Assembly (NCBI GenBank): GCA_963833125.1
Contig: CAWHWX010000032.1
Span: 16,187 to 80,186 of the forward strand
Reading direction: 5' to 3'
From: Candidatus Bathyarchaeota archaeon
Lineage (GTDB): Archaea; Thermoproteota; Bathyarchaeia; 40CM-2-53-6
DNA length: 64,000 nt
Positions 18,872-30,352 of the stretch are shown here, one piece after another. Numbering within the stretch: position 1 is the first letter of the stretch; each line of letters opens with the position of its first letter. The position numbers and the translations under genes were made by a program. The notes beneath the pieces are model-generated. The model saw nothing but the letters and a program-made list of their open reading frames with translations, did no database searches and was not told the DNA's origin.

Positions 18872-19942
18872 ATGAACCCGAAATTCGTTGATCTCTTCTC
18901 GGGCATTGGCCTCGGATCTTTGGGTCTCGTTAGAGCCGGGTTCGAGATCGCTGCGGCAGTAGATATTGATCCAGAAGCGTGCGCGGTCTATAAGGAGAAC
19001 CTTGGAGTCGAACCCATTGTGGGTGACCTGCGGCACTTATCGGGGTCTGACATACTGAAACGGATCGGTCTCCGACGATGGAGAATTATCGCTGTGCGTG
19101 GGTTGTCCTCCGTGTCAAGGGTTCTCAACTCTGAGGAAGACGCGGCTCAAGAAATGGGAGAGAGATGGGCGCAAATCGCTGCTGAAAGTGTTTGCCCAGC
19201 GCGTGTGGACGAGCTCTTTCCGAAAATCGTAGTTTTCGAGAATGTGAGAGGAATAACACTTGGACAGAACCGCAGATTCTTGAAGGATTTTATGGCTCAC
19301 ATGAAGCGTCTCGGTTACTATCTCGACTTCAGGGTCTTGGACTCGGCGTATTACGGCGTGCCCCAGCACCGGCTCAGATTCATCCTAGTAGGGAGCAGGG
19401 AACTTCCTCCGAGTCTTCCGGAGGAGACGCACTCGAACCCGAGGTCTGACAACGAGAAGCCGCGGTGGAAGACCGTCAGGGACGCGATCGCAGACTTGCC
19501 CCCCCTTGAAGCCGGTCAGAGAGACGAAAACATTGCGCTTCATGAGGCAGCCGCACATTCGGAGAACGCGCTCAGAATAATATGCAGTATCCCGGCAAAC
19601 GGAGGCGGGAGAAAGAGCCTTCCCAAGAAACTATGGCTGCCGTGCCACAGGAGGCTTGCGAAGAGGAAGCAGCGCGGAGCGGAGAGCATCTATGGGAGGA
19701 TGCGGTGGGACGAGCCTTCCCCGACTATAACCACCAGAAGTCACATTCCAAGCTGCGGCCGATTCGTACACCCTTCGCAAAACCGTGGCATCACGCTGCG
19801 GGAGGCAGCGCGGCTGCAGAACATACCAGACGACTTCAAGATTCGGGCACGTGCCAAGGACCAAGCCGCTATTTGGATTGGCAACGCGATGCCACTTGCC
19901 CTGGCAGAAGCGCTAGGCCGGGAAATAATTCATCTCATTTAA
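18872..19942 (+). CDS. dcm: DNA (cytosine-5) methyltransferase (compensating frameshifts ~19080-19200)
   Basis: DLFSGIG, ENV, YGVPQHR.R, HPSQNRGITLREAARLQ and IGNA motifs; catalytic GCPPCQGFS lies in an alternate frame near 19100. Confidence 0.9.
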   Translation: MNPKFVDLFSGIGLGSLGLVRAGFEIAAAVDIDPEACAVYKENLGVEPIVGDLRHLSGSDILKRIGLRRWRIIAVRGLSSVSRVLNSEEDAAQEMGERWAQIAAESVCPARVDELFPKIVVFENVRGITLGQNRRFLKDFMAHMKRLGYYLDFRVLDSAYYGVPQHRLRFILVGSRELPPSLPEETHSNPRSDNEKPRWKTVRDAIADLPPLEAGQRDENIALHEAAAHSENALRIICSIPANGGGRKSLPKKLWLPCHRRLAKRKQRGAESIYGRMRWDEPSPTITTRSHIPSCGRFVHPSQNRGITLREAARLQNIPDDFKIRARAKDQAAIWIGNAMPLALAEALGREIIHLI

Positions 19943-19973
19943 GCGTCCGCCCAACTATACGGCATTGGTCTGA

Positions 19974-20405
19974 ATGCCGCGCCGAAGGGACAAGTTCTCG
20001 AAGGCGAAGCGCAGCCTAGTCATGTCCCAAATCCGGAGTAAGAACACCGGGCTGGACGTTTCGATGCGGAGAACTCTGCGGAAGGCCGAGATCAAGTTTG
20101 AGGCTTACCCCAAAATGTACGGCAACCCCGACTTCCTAGTCGAACAATGCATCGCTCTGTTTTGCGACAGCAGTTTCTGGCACGGACGAAACTGGAGAAA
20201 ACTGAAGCAGCAGCTCACGAATGGTTCGAACGCGAAATACTGGGTCGAGCACATAGCTAAGAACAGAAGCCGAGACCGGCTCGTGAATGCGACGCTCCGA
20301 AGGCACGGGCTCAAGGTGATCAGGTTTTGGGATGATGAAATATTCAAGCGTCCAGAGGCTTGCGTGAGAAGAATTAAAGCCGCCAAGCGGCTTATGTCGA
20401 CTTAA
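19974..20405 (+). CDS. vsr: Very short patch repair endonuclease
   Basis: RSLVMSQIRSKNT, GNPDF, FCDSSFWHG, NRSRD and IRFW motifs. Confidence 0.93.
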   Translation: MPRRRDKFSKAKRSLVMSQIRSKNTGLDVSMRRTLRKAEIKFEAYPKMYGNPDFLVEQCIALFCDSSFWHGRNWRKLKQQLTNGSNAKYWVEHIAKNRSRDRLVNATLRRHGLKVIRFWDDEIFKRPEACVRRIKAAKRLMST

Positions 20406-20426
20406 GCAATTGAGAGTGCGAGTTGC

Positions 20427-22428
20427 TTGACCGATCCTCATTCGCCATATGTGATGACGATCTCCCGAACGACCGTAGACAAATTGGGAATCAAACTGTA
20501 CGACAAGGCGTCCGCCGTGGTTGCGGAACTCATAGCGAACGCCTACGACGGAGACGCCGAGAACGTGACTGTAAAGATACCACTAAACCGCTGGCTGTCC
20601 ACAAAGTCTGAAGGGAAGGTGGTCGATCAGGGCCTAGAAATATCCGTTGAGGACGACGGGCACGGAGTAGAGCCCGGTCGTGTCAACGGCTTTTACCTCA
20701 CGGTGGGAAAAAACCCTCGAGAGGACCCCGGGAGAGGGCCGGTTTCGCCCGAGAAGAAGCGGCCGATATTCGGGCGCAAGGGCATAGGTAAACTCGCGGC
20801 CCTTCGGCATCTGCAAAATCATCGAGGTTGATTTTACCGGAGGAACGAAAGACGAAGCGAATCCAGCGCGGGAGTATCGTATCGCGCACTTCATCCTGAA
20901 CTATGACGAGATAAATTTCGACACCGACGAGCCCTACTACCCGAAGGTTGGGAAAGATGACGGCAAGTTATCGACCAAGAGAGGAACGGTCGTAACACTC
21001 AGAAACTTCCTCTACAGACGCACTCCGGACGAAGAAACTTTCCGTCACCAGCTACAGCGGATCTTCGGCCTCCAGCTCCCGGATTTCAAGATCGTGGTCG
21101 AGAACACCGAGACAGGGAACAAATTCGTCGTCGGTCAGCTCGATGTTGAGATCGAGGAGGAGACGAAGATCACGGTGGACGACAGGCCCGTCGAGATGCC
21201 TGACCACTCTATCCTGCCCGTCAGCGGATACGTCGCTTACGCCAAGAAGCCCTACAAATACGAGGAGGTGGCAGGGGTGCGGATCTACGCTAGAGGAAAA
21301 CTCGTCTCATCAACGAGAGATTTCGGACTGAAGGCAGGGTTCACAGGAGAACACACGCTAAGGTCGTACCTGACAGGCGAGATACACGCGGACTGGCTAG
21401 ACGATGAAGAGGATCTCATCCACACGGGTCGCCAAGACATACTATGGGACTCAGAAAGAGGAGAGCCGTTCAAGGCTTGGGGGCAGACGCTCCTCAAAGA
21501 GCTCGGAAAGAAAGCATGGACTCCGATGAAGCAGAAAGCTTACAAAGTGTTCCTTGAGAAGTCCGACCTTGAAACCAAGGTTTGGGATCGATTCGGTAAG
21601 ACACCTGTCGCAGATACGGCCATGGCTCTCGGCAAGGCCATCGGCCAGATTGCCGCTATAGAAAGCTTAGACGATCCAGAGTATGTCAAAAGACTGACTG
21701 AGATTGTACTCACGACAGCGCCCCATAAGATGCTCGTAGACACACTCACTGAGATCGCCGAGACGGCGGTCGAGGGTCCGCTGGATGTCGTCGTCGGGCT
21801 GTTCAACGACGCGGGACTCGCAGAAGCGGCCTCGATGGGCCAGATAGCCCTTGAGAGAGTCGATGCCATCGAGAAGCTCGAAGAGAAGCTCGGTGCTAAC
21901 CCTCCGGGGTATGAGAAAGAGCTACAGAAAATTCTGGAAAAATCTCCCTGGCTGATGCACCCGGAGTGGACAGTTCTTCAAGCGAATAAGCCATTTGAAG
22001 AACTCCGCACCGCCTTCGAGAAATGGTACGAGCTCAAATACAACAAGAAGATAGCCACGAAATCGATTGATTTGCAGACGAAGCCGGATTTCATAATGCT
22101 CGCGGTTTCCACCACCGTGGAGATCGTGGAAATTAAGAAGGCACAATGGGCGCTTACCGACGAGGAGTTCAGCAGGCTGCGAGGCTACTACGACGCCATA
22201 GAGCAGTTCATGAAGGACAACCCGGATTTCAGAAAAGAATTCCCGCGAACACACCTCACACTCATCTGCGACAAAGTGAACCTCTCAAGAAACATCCAAC
22301 TGGCCTTCGAGAAACTAGAGGGCGATGGTGTGTTGACCCGGAAGACTTGGTGGGAAACGCTAGCAAAAACGAAAAAAGTACACGAACAGTTCTTAGAGCA
22401 ACACCAGCGTCCAGCAGCGCCGCCTTAA
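20427..22428 (+). CDS. GHKL (MORC/Hsp90-like) ATPase with C-terminal PD-(D/E)XK nuclease domain (frameshift near 20805)
   Basis: ELIANAYD, VEDDGHG and GRKGIGKLA motifs; C-terminal KPDF...VEIKK. Confidence 0.85.
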
Positions 22429-22506
22429 GTCCTGGAAATTCCTTGCTTAACACATTGGCGCGACTCCGCAGCGCCCTCGATAAGCTATGCTAGTCCCATA
22501 CTGTCG

Positions 22507-22692
22507 TCACTTAGGCTTCCTTCGGACAATCATTGCGCTATCAGTTATTCCTACTAGAACAAGATCTCCTTCTTTGATCGAGAGTGCCTTCGCAACCTCC
22601 TTTGGGATTGTCATTCTTAACGAACCGTGGACGCGATTAATCTTAACCTCGAATTCTATTGGCATCTTAATCGGCAAAACTTCCATATACAA
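22507..22692 (-). CDS. AbrB/MazE/SpoVT-family DNA-binding protein
   Basis: GSLRMTIPKEVAKALSIKEGDLV motif. Confidence 0.85.
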   Translation of the reverse strand: MYMEVLPIKMPIEFEVKINRVHGSLRMTIPKEVAKALSIKEGDLVLVGITDSAMIVRRKPK

Positions 22693-22754
22693 ACCATATA
22701 CTTAAATAACGCCAAATACTAGGTATTTGGATAGTATATGGGCAGGATGTATGG
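22683..22754. promoter_or_regulatory. Symmetric array of CCAWATAC boxes in the divergent abrB / cas4-tniQ promoter
   Basis: CCATATAC 22683 and 22694, CCAAATAC 22712; inverted GTATTTGG 22723, GTATATGG 22734, ATGTATGG 22747. Confidence 0.7.
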
Positions 22755-22882
22755 AAATTGCCAATCGTAATTGTCGAAGCGAAGAATCGTGATGCGTGGG
22801 AAATTGCTGAAGAAATTCGCGTAATCCTCGGTCAGCGAGCCAAGGTTGTCGAAACATAGCGGTGGATTTCCTCAAGGAGGAT

Positions 22883-23580
22883 ATGAATACTCACAACATC
22901 CGTGATTTGTGCACATAATCAGGATGCACGTACGTGTTCGAATTGCATTGAACTGCTACCCGCCTCATTCTGGGACAGACTAACGTGGAGGCGCTTCTCT
23001 CCAGGCATTGGCATCTATCATGTGACCGAACTGACACAATGCTTGGCTCGAGCATACTTCGAGAGAACCAAACCCACTCAAGAAACGGTCGAATCCGCAT
23101 GGGCAAAATTGCGAGGTTCCTTGCTTCACTACGCGGATAGGTCACTAGGCTGGAGCGAACTTCGGTGTCAAAATGAACTTCGAGCACGATAACGAAACAA
23201 TCACAATTGTTGGCCAAGTTGACGCGTACGATCCCGAAACAGCGACCATCTATGATCTTAAGACATCACGTTTTGTTAAATGGCAACATGAGAAAGGCTT
23301 CCTCCCTCGACAAAACCATCGCGCACAGATCCAGTCCTATTACACCATGTTGGATTCGTACGCTATCCCAATAAAACGGCTTGTCTTGATCTATGTGGAC
23401 GACAAGAATATCCTCGCCAAAGAAGTTCCACTAGGTTACCGCAAGGAATGGATGATCCGGAGAGCTTCGATTCTGCATAGGGCGTTGAGTGGGAGTCAGA
23501 TTCCTAAACCCGAACCTGACAATTGGTGCAAGTACTGTCCGTTCGTTCAAGTCTGCCCGGCGAAGGGAGGTGCAACCTGA
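22883..23580 (+). CDS. cas4: Solo Cas4-like PD-(D/E)XK nuclease with Fe-S Cys motif (frameshifted near 22900 and 23172)
   Basis: YHVTELTQC, GSLLH, GQVDAYD, IYDLKT, QIQSY and CKYCPFVQVC motifs. Confidence 0.8.
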
Positions 23581-24808
23581 ATGGGTGGATGCCTCCCCGT
23601 ACACCCACAGCCACGTGAGGGTGAATCGCTCACATCATGGATTGATCACGTTACACGATGCAATGGCATTACAATTCGACAGTTGTTGTCACATTGGGTG
23701 AGCGAGGCTGACTGGAGATACAGGGACCTTGACTTTCTGAAAATAGACGAGCTGAGAATACTTGCCGACCTTGCACGCGTTCAAGGTGGAACGGGCAAGC
23801 TGCGCAGTATGGTACTAACACCCTGGAAGGCGGTATTCTCAGAACCTAGGAACGAAATGGATCGCAAAGGTTGGGTTTGCTCGCGAGCGACAATTCGATA
23901 TTGTCCAATCTGCTTACAAATTGAAGAGCCATACTTCAGGTTATCGTGGCGCCTCCTCTTCCTTCCCCTCTGCGGCCGTCATGGGGTAGTGCTGCAAAGG
24001 GGCTCCTCGAGAATTATGCCAAATCCGAGTGAAGCGCCTCTGATTAAACCAACTAACTGCACCCTATTGTCACGTTTTAGTTCTTCTGGAATTGGAATTC
24101 TTGAATCACAAGCTCTTTCCCAGGGTTTTGGCTGGTCAGATAGTGGACAGGAATTTTTCCTTGTCCTTCTTACCCTGGTGAGGTACCTCAATCTCTACTT
24201 GCAACGCCGAACCGCTTTGGATAAGCGATTTGAAAGCCCACGGACTGCCTACCGCACCGCCTTTCGATTGGCGAAAGAATGAGGCTGTAGCGGTGCTTCT
24301 GATTGAAAGAGCTCTTGGTCTAGTTGAGGAATGGCCGAGAAATATCGGGAGGTTTGTCCGAGCGAATAGAACCCGCTTCAACAGATTACGCGTGGAGTAT
24401 GCTGCCCACTTCCCTAAGACACTAAGGGCTCTGAACGCGGAAAACATCGAACATAATGCTATCAGCAGCGTTGAACATGAGATTGAAAATTTACCTGATT
24501 ACAAGGAACGCCCAGACGAAGACCGAGTAAGACGCGCCGTTCAATACTTGCTGGAAACAAACGTTCCAGTCTCCCTAAGAGAGGTCGGTAAAATCACTAA
24601 AGTGAGTTTCGAACAGCTGAAGAACGAGGAAAAACTGAACAAAATCGTACTAGAAGGAAAGCGAGTGTTCAGATTTAAGCAAGAAGATGAGATTCAAAAC
24701 GCCATTACGGTGTTGCGTGGAAGGGGACTATATCCATCGGTCGGGGCTATTGCTACATATCTTGGAAGATCTCATCGATATCTGCATTCACATAAGATCA
24801 GAACATGA
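23581..24808 (+). CDS. tniQ: TniQ/TnsD-family target selector 1 (~409 codons, C-terminal HTH-like repeats; frameshift near 24230)
   Basis: PVHPQPREGESLTSWI, RDLD, YCPICL, YFRLSWRL..LPLCGRHGVVL; tail VSLREVGKITKVS and PSVGAIATYLGRS. Confidence 0.88.
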
Positions 24809-24827
24809 GAAAAGATAGAGAGTAATT

Positions 24828-25565
24828 TTAATCCTTCAACGCAGAAACCGCCCAATCAATAGAGTCCTGGAGGCCACTGCCAGGACTCTTCTTCTCAATG
24901 AGTACGGCAGCCGTCTTTATGTTGACTTTTTCATTGATAACCTTCAAAAACTGTTCCAATTTTGAAAAAGCATCCCGGGTCGAGCCATCTTCGACGACGA
25001 CCATCAACACGCCTTGTAAACCCTCCCATATGTTTTCCACATGACCCCCGTCCTGAAGGTCCAGCAGCTTGCCTCCTAAAGCGAGGATATCTTCATCCAC
25101 AAGATTGTCTAATACAATAATCCCCAGGAAACGCGCATTGCCTCCTACCGAAATACTATCGTCGTAAGTATATACAATGTCAAAATTGTGGATGAAAGTT
25201 GTACCTTTCACCTTAAGATGCTCATCAGTTTGAACATTGAATGATGTTCTTACATTCAGCAGTTCTCCTATGACGAAACCTCTAGTCGGGTAGTATAACT
25301 TTGCAATAATACTTTCAACAACGGATTTTCGCTTCGGAACAACTCGATAGATTTTTCTTCTTCCTTCGCTTTTGATCGCTACCAGAGACAGAAGCCTTAA
25401 TCGCTGCAATACGAGATGGATTGACGGCTGCTTTTTGTGAAGCGCTTTTGCGATCTCGGCCTCAGTAACTCCGTCGGTTTCGATTATGAACTTGGTCGAT
25501 TCGGCTAAGACCGGGCTTTCCCGCAGGATAGCATAGAGCTCAGCCTCACTGATCCCTTGGCTCAT
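24828..25565 (-). CDS. Winged-HTH regulator with nuclease-fold-like C-terminal domain
   Basis: GVTEAEIAKALHKKQPSIHLVLQRL...EGRRKIYRV; C-domain VKGTTFIHNFDIVY. Confidence 0.7.
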   Translation of the reverse strand: MSQGISEAELYAILRESPVLAESTKFIIETDGVTEAEIAKALHKKQPSIHLVLQRLRLLSLVAIKSEGRRKIYRVVPKRKSVVESIIAKLYYPTRGFVIGELLNVRTSFNVQTDEHLKVKGTTFIHNFDIVYTYDDSISVGGNARFLGIIVLDNLVDEDILALGGKLLDLQDGGHVENIWEGLQGVLMVVVEDGSTRDAFSKLEQFLKVINEKVNIKTAAVLIEKKSPGSGLQDSIDWAVSALKD

Positions 25566-25607
25566 GAGGCAAGTCAGAGTGAAGCCACACTTTTAACATT
25601 ACCTCTA

Positions 25608-25636
25608 ATGTTATATTATAGATGCTATTATAACAT
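25608..25636. promoter_or_regulatory. Inverted repeat in the divergent regulator/tnsA promoter
   Basis: ATGTTATA-N13-TATAACAT. Confidence 0.6.
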
Positions 25637-25659
25637 AATATTCGAGATGATGTGATGTA

Positions 25660-26472
25660 ATGCCACGCACCTTCCCAGTGAAACCAAACTACGGAGTCGA
25701 GATTGGTGTTATGGAGCCGGTTGAGATTTCTTCGTCGAATGAACCTGCGAGGAAGATTCGGCCGAACTACAGGAGTTCCACAGGCTTCTACGTTACTCGT
25801 AAAGGAAAAGCACTTGCTTTTGAATCAAAACAAGAACGAGACGCACTTCTCACCCTTGACTTTGACCCAAGTGTGCGCGATCTTGTCACTCAGCCACTGA
25901 GAATTGGAAACTATGTGCCGGATTGCCGTATAGAAACGACTTTTGATCTGACCGTTATTGTGGAAATAAAGTCAGAGAGCGAACTTGTTGAGAAATGGAT
26001 AGAGCTATCAGCGAAGTATTCTGCAGCAAATGATTACTGCTTCGCCAAAGGCTTTGAGTTTGTGTTTGTTACTGACTTCTACATCTACTACTCAGAACAA
26101 TATCGACTCAATATACTGAAAAAAGTAAGATTTCTTGGAGCCCGTCCAGAAGAATCCGACGAACAAGTTCAGGAACAACTCGTTAAGCTCCTAGGTCAGA
26201 TGCCATTATCCGTCGGTTCACTAGCCAAGAAGATCGAAGCGCCACTGGACGAGGCCAACAGAATTCGAGAAATTTGCAGACTTCTCTGTTCTGGTTCAGC
26301 TCACATTTTCAAAACCCCCACCCCACACCTCAAGGACTGCTTAATCTCAACCACCGAGGAAGGATGTGACACATTCCGTTCCCATGTCTTCAGCTTCGAG
26401 CAAATGAAAGAACGACTTCGAACCCATCCTTATCGACAACTCGAAGGAGGATTTGCCAGACTTGTTAATTGA
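25660..26472 (+). CDS. tnsA: TnsA endonuclease
   Basis: FESKQERD..L.LDFDPSV...TQP...YVPD...IVEIK; helical C-domain; overlaps tnsB start. Confidence 0.92.
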   Translation: MPRTFPVKPNYGVEIGVMEPVEISSSNEPARKIRPNYRSSTGFYVTRKGKALAFESKQERDALLTLDFDPSVRDLVTQPLRIGNYVPDCRIETTFDLTVIVEIKSESELVEKWIELSAKYSAANDYCFAKGFEFVFVTDFYIYYSEQYRLNILKKVRFLGARPEESDEQVQEQLVKLLGQMPLSVGSLAKKIEAPLDEANRIREICRLLCSGSAHIFKTPTPHLKDCLISTTEEGCDTFRSHVFSFEQMKERLRTHPYRQLEGGFARLVN

Positions 26473-28450
26473 ACCGGGGTCTAAGATCTCGATCAACGAC
26501 CAAGTCTTCACAGTCATAGACGGGACGGAAATCAACAAAGCAGAGATCAAGAGCGACTCGTCCGGACATGTATATTGCGTAGATCTCATGAATAAGATAC
26601 GAACAGGGGACGCACTATCCCTCATAGGTTCAGATCGACAATCTAATCGCCTATCGCATTTGGGCATTCTCTCACTCACCGATGAACAGCACGCTGAGGC
26701 GCGACGCCGCTACGTAGCTATCCTCGCAATCCTCCACATGAAGAAACGAACCTCCCATGAGAAAGAGGAAATACGGAAGCAATTCGCAAGGCAGCTGTGG
26801 AGACTCGCTGTTTCCTCAAGGACGATCAAGCGGTGGATAGAGAGATACACACTATCCGGATTCAAAGGTCTCGTAACAAGCGAGTCTTTTGGAGGAAAGG
26901 GAGGAACAAGAACCGATAAAGAATCCGAATCGATCCTTCAAAAGGTCATAGAAGAACAATATTTCACAAAGCAACAAAAGAATAAAGCGGAAGTCTACCG
27001 CGAATTCGAATCAGAGAGCAATCTTAAAGGTCTTACAAGTGTAGATGAGAACGGAAACGTGCGGCCGCCAATACCGCGCTCGACAATTTACCGTAGGCTA
27101 GCCCTTCTCGATCAAAGAGAAGTCACGTTGAGGCGTCTAGGGAACAGGGCCTACGTGCAAAAGCACTGTCTCAAAGGGGGAAGGTATCCTGACGTGGAAT
27201 ATCCATTAGAGACAATTTTAATCGACCATACGAAGCTTGACATAATCCTGCGAGATCCAATAACAAGAAAACCCATTGGTAGACCATGGATCACAGTTGC
27301 GATAGACGCATTTAGTCGATGCATCTGGGCATTCTACCTAAGTCTGGAACCACCTAACGCAGACACGGTTGGTTTAGTAATTATAATTGGTTGCAAGATC
27401 AAAAGTCAACTTGCGAAGTCACTCGGCTGCGAATCTGAATGGCCTGTCTATGGACTCCCGTCCAAATACACACTGACAATGGCAGAGACTTCAGAGCAAA
27501 ACAACTGGAAAAAGGCTGTGAAGCACAAGGAATCTCCCTCGTCAGAAGACCAATCAAAACGCCTGAGTTCGGCGGAATTATAGAACGCTTCTTCGGCACA
27601 CTCAACACCGAACTAATCCACAACTTGCCTGGAACAACTCGCTCAAACGTAATGAGTCTGAAGAACGGAGACTACGATCCAGAAAAGGAATCCCTCCTTG
27701 AACTGGAAGAGCTTGAACACCTCATCGCTAGATTCATTGTAGATCAATATCACAATACCCCGCACCGCGGGAATCAATACGACTCCCCTAAGAAAATGGA
27801 AAGAGGGAATTGAAGAAAATGCAATTGCCCCTTCTGAACCCGACGATATCGAACGTTTCAGACAAGATTTCCTCCCCTATGTCGAGGGCCCTAACGGAAC
27901 CCGTCAGATCGAGCGAGATGGGATACACTACCTGGGATTGGTCTACTATGCAAGCGAATTGAATCACTTAACACGTAACGAAAACGGCGGAAAAATACCA
28001 AAAGCATATTTCATTAAATATGACCCACAAGACCTTCGATACGTCTACATTTACGACGACGAAAACGACTGCTACCACGCACTAAGTCTCAGTGAACGCC
28101 CCATTGAGCCTTTCACTAAACGCAACCTCGAGATCAGCTCAAGGCAAAAGCGAGAGACGGCCACCGACAAACTCGATCAACACAGACGCCTAGACGCAAT
28201 CCAAGAACGACGAGAATTTCTCACGAGCAGGATTGAGGGGAACAAAAGAGCTCGTAGAACAATGGCCTCAGAAAGATCGGAGCGCGGTCGCCGTTCTCGC
28301 ACAATCCCTCTCACAAATCCAATGAATGCCTCTGACGAAGACGATAATGTGAACAACGATTCTGAGAGCTCGGATAACACGTCGTCTGAAATCGTATACT
28401 CCACCGATGACCAAGAGGAAGAAGTTGAATCGAATGAAGATCTACAATGA
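26453..28450 (+). CDS. tnsB: TnsB/TniA DDE transposase (~666 codons; frameshifts near 27455 and 27770)
   Basis: IDHTKLD...PIGRPWITVAIDAFSR, WPVYG, IHTDNGRDF, GIIERFFGTLN, YHNTPH and KYDPQDL motifs. Confidence 0.95.
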
Positions 28451-29325
28451 CACAAATTATTCAGGTTGATCATTTAACCGCCCATGTCAGATCACGATTA
28501 AACAGATCTATTGATGAGCGAATCAAGGATATTCAGGCGCTGACATATGTTCCATATCCCAAAGCCGAATACGTTCTCTCATTAATGCATCGACTCTGCT
28601 CCGAGCCAATGTCGGGAAGACCTCGTGGACTTACCATTTCTGCGGTTAGTGGAAACGGCAAAACCACCATAACAAATACGTTCCTCTACAAACATCCGAT
28701 GCGCGAGACAACTGAAGCCAGAATTATACCCGTCTTGAAAGTAGAGGCACCACCGGTTCCCAGTGAGAAAAGGATCCTCGGCGGGATCTTGAATGGTTTC
28801 AGCTCAGGAGACGCCATCGAAGCAGGCGACGTCGAGACGAGAATGCGACGAATCAAGATCCTTGTCCATAGATGCCAAGTTAAACTAATGGTCCTCGACG
28901 AATCCAATAACTTGCTCGCGGGAACAGCAAGAGCAATGGAAGAATGCTGCAACGTATTGAAGTACCTCTCCAATCAACTGGGCATCCGAATTGTTCTCGT
29001 TGGCACAAAACGTGTTGAAAACGTTCTGAGGTCGGATCCACAACTCCTTTCGCGCTTTCCAATAGTTGAATTGCCGTTATGGAAAGACGGGAGATGTTAC
29101 CGGAGATTTCTCGAAATGCTCGAATCGGCACTACCCTTGGCAAATGCCAGCGATCTGGCGTCCGACGAGAAAGCTTTCGCTCTCTTAGAACACTCCCACG
29201 GAGTACTGGGCGACATTGTAATGACCGTCAAAGACGCAGCGATTTGCGCTCTACGCAATCACGAAGAACGCATAACCACGGATATACTGAAGTGCCCCTT
29301 TTCAGTTCTCAAGAAAAGTCGCTGA
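28447..29325 (+). CDS. tnsC: TnsC/TniB AAA+ ATPase
   Basis: YVPYPKA, Walker A SGNGKT, Walker B MVLDE, DPQLLSRF; ATGA overlap with tnsB. Confidence 0.95.
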   Translation: MTQIIQVDHLTAHVRSRLNRSIDERIKDIQALTYVPYPKAEYVLSLMHRLCSEPMSGRPRGLTISAVSGNGKTTITNTFLYKHPMRETTEARIIPVLKVEAPPVPSEKRILGGILNGFSSGDAIEAGDVETRMRRIKILVHRCQVKLMVLDESNNLLAGTARAMEECCNVLKYLSNQLGIRIVLVGTKRVENVLRSDPQLLSRFPIVELPLWKDGRCYRRFLEMLESALPLANASDLASDEKAFALLEHSHGVLGDIVMTVKDAAICALRNHEERITTDILKCPFSVLKKSR

Positions 29326-29364
29326 ACACGATATCGTACACCATGATTTCGTACGACGAGGGAT

Positions 29365-30352
29365 ATGATGGAAACAGATATCGCAGTAGGACAACTCATT
29401 CGACAGAGTCTATGGCCAATACATCCGCCACCTTTACGCCGGCGAGTCTTTGGAATCGTGGATAACTAGACAAGCCTATGCAAACTGCTGCTCTCTCAAC
29501 ACTTTCTTACCCAGCTATCTCAAGACATATCCCACGCATTCAGGGAGAGAGATTACTCTCGACTTAGACTTCCTAAACGGGAATGACGAATCTCTTCAAA
29601 TAATTAGTGGCCTTATCGGTAGGAGACTTGCTGGAAACATGACGTTGCACTTCTTCAGGCACGTCTTAGATATAGGCAGGGAAGCTGAGAAAGCCAAAGG
29701 GCGATGGCGAGGCCCCTCTACTTGCGGATTTAATTGGGTTGTTCCTAGGCGTGATGGACGGATGTATTGTCCAGTATGCTTAGCTGGAGACAAGACTACT
29801 CACTTTCGCTTAGCTTGGCGACTAAGGTTCGCACCGATTTGCGTCAAGCATAAGGTGCTTCTGGAATCCGATTGCGGTCATTGCCACCATCTGATGAACC
29901 ATTTCGATGATAACGCCCATTACGATATAGGAAAATGTCCACAATGTGAATCATCACTTAGTTCTGCGCTACCCAAAGCACTTGATTCGAATGAGGACGG
30001 TTACGTTGCTATTTCGAACCTTTTGGGATTGCTCTATTCCACGGTGGGACTTCAAGAGATTGGTTGGGAAGAAAGTAAGGCCGACCTATTTGCTAGCCTG
30101 AAGCTCGTTGTTCTAATGTTGCTAGCCACAGCCAAATCTCCAGTTCCCGCCTACCGAAGAACTTTTCGTGATGCATCTATGATCTATGGATTAATGGGAC
30201 GGGCGTGGAGAATGTTGCTAGATTCCGCAGACATTCAACAATTCATTGCGAATCATCGGGGGCTTTTCCATTACCTTACACGCAAAAGATATCCCTACGT
30301 CTGTCCAAAATATTTCAACAGATACACGATGATTATTGCTACGCCTTCATGA
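29365..30352 (+). CDS. tniQ: TniQ-family protein 2 (~329 codons; frameshift near 29435)
   Basis: WPIHPPP/GESLESWITR, YCPVCL, FRLAWRL, CVKH, CGHC and CPQC motifs. Confidence 0.9.

Noticed and set aside
27440-27830. Programmed frameshifting in tnsB
   Set aside because: Two separate breaks with no evident slippery site, and indels are widespread in the window
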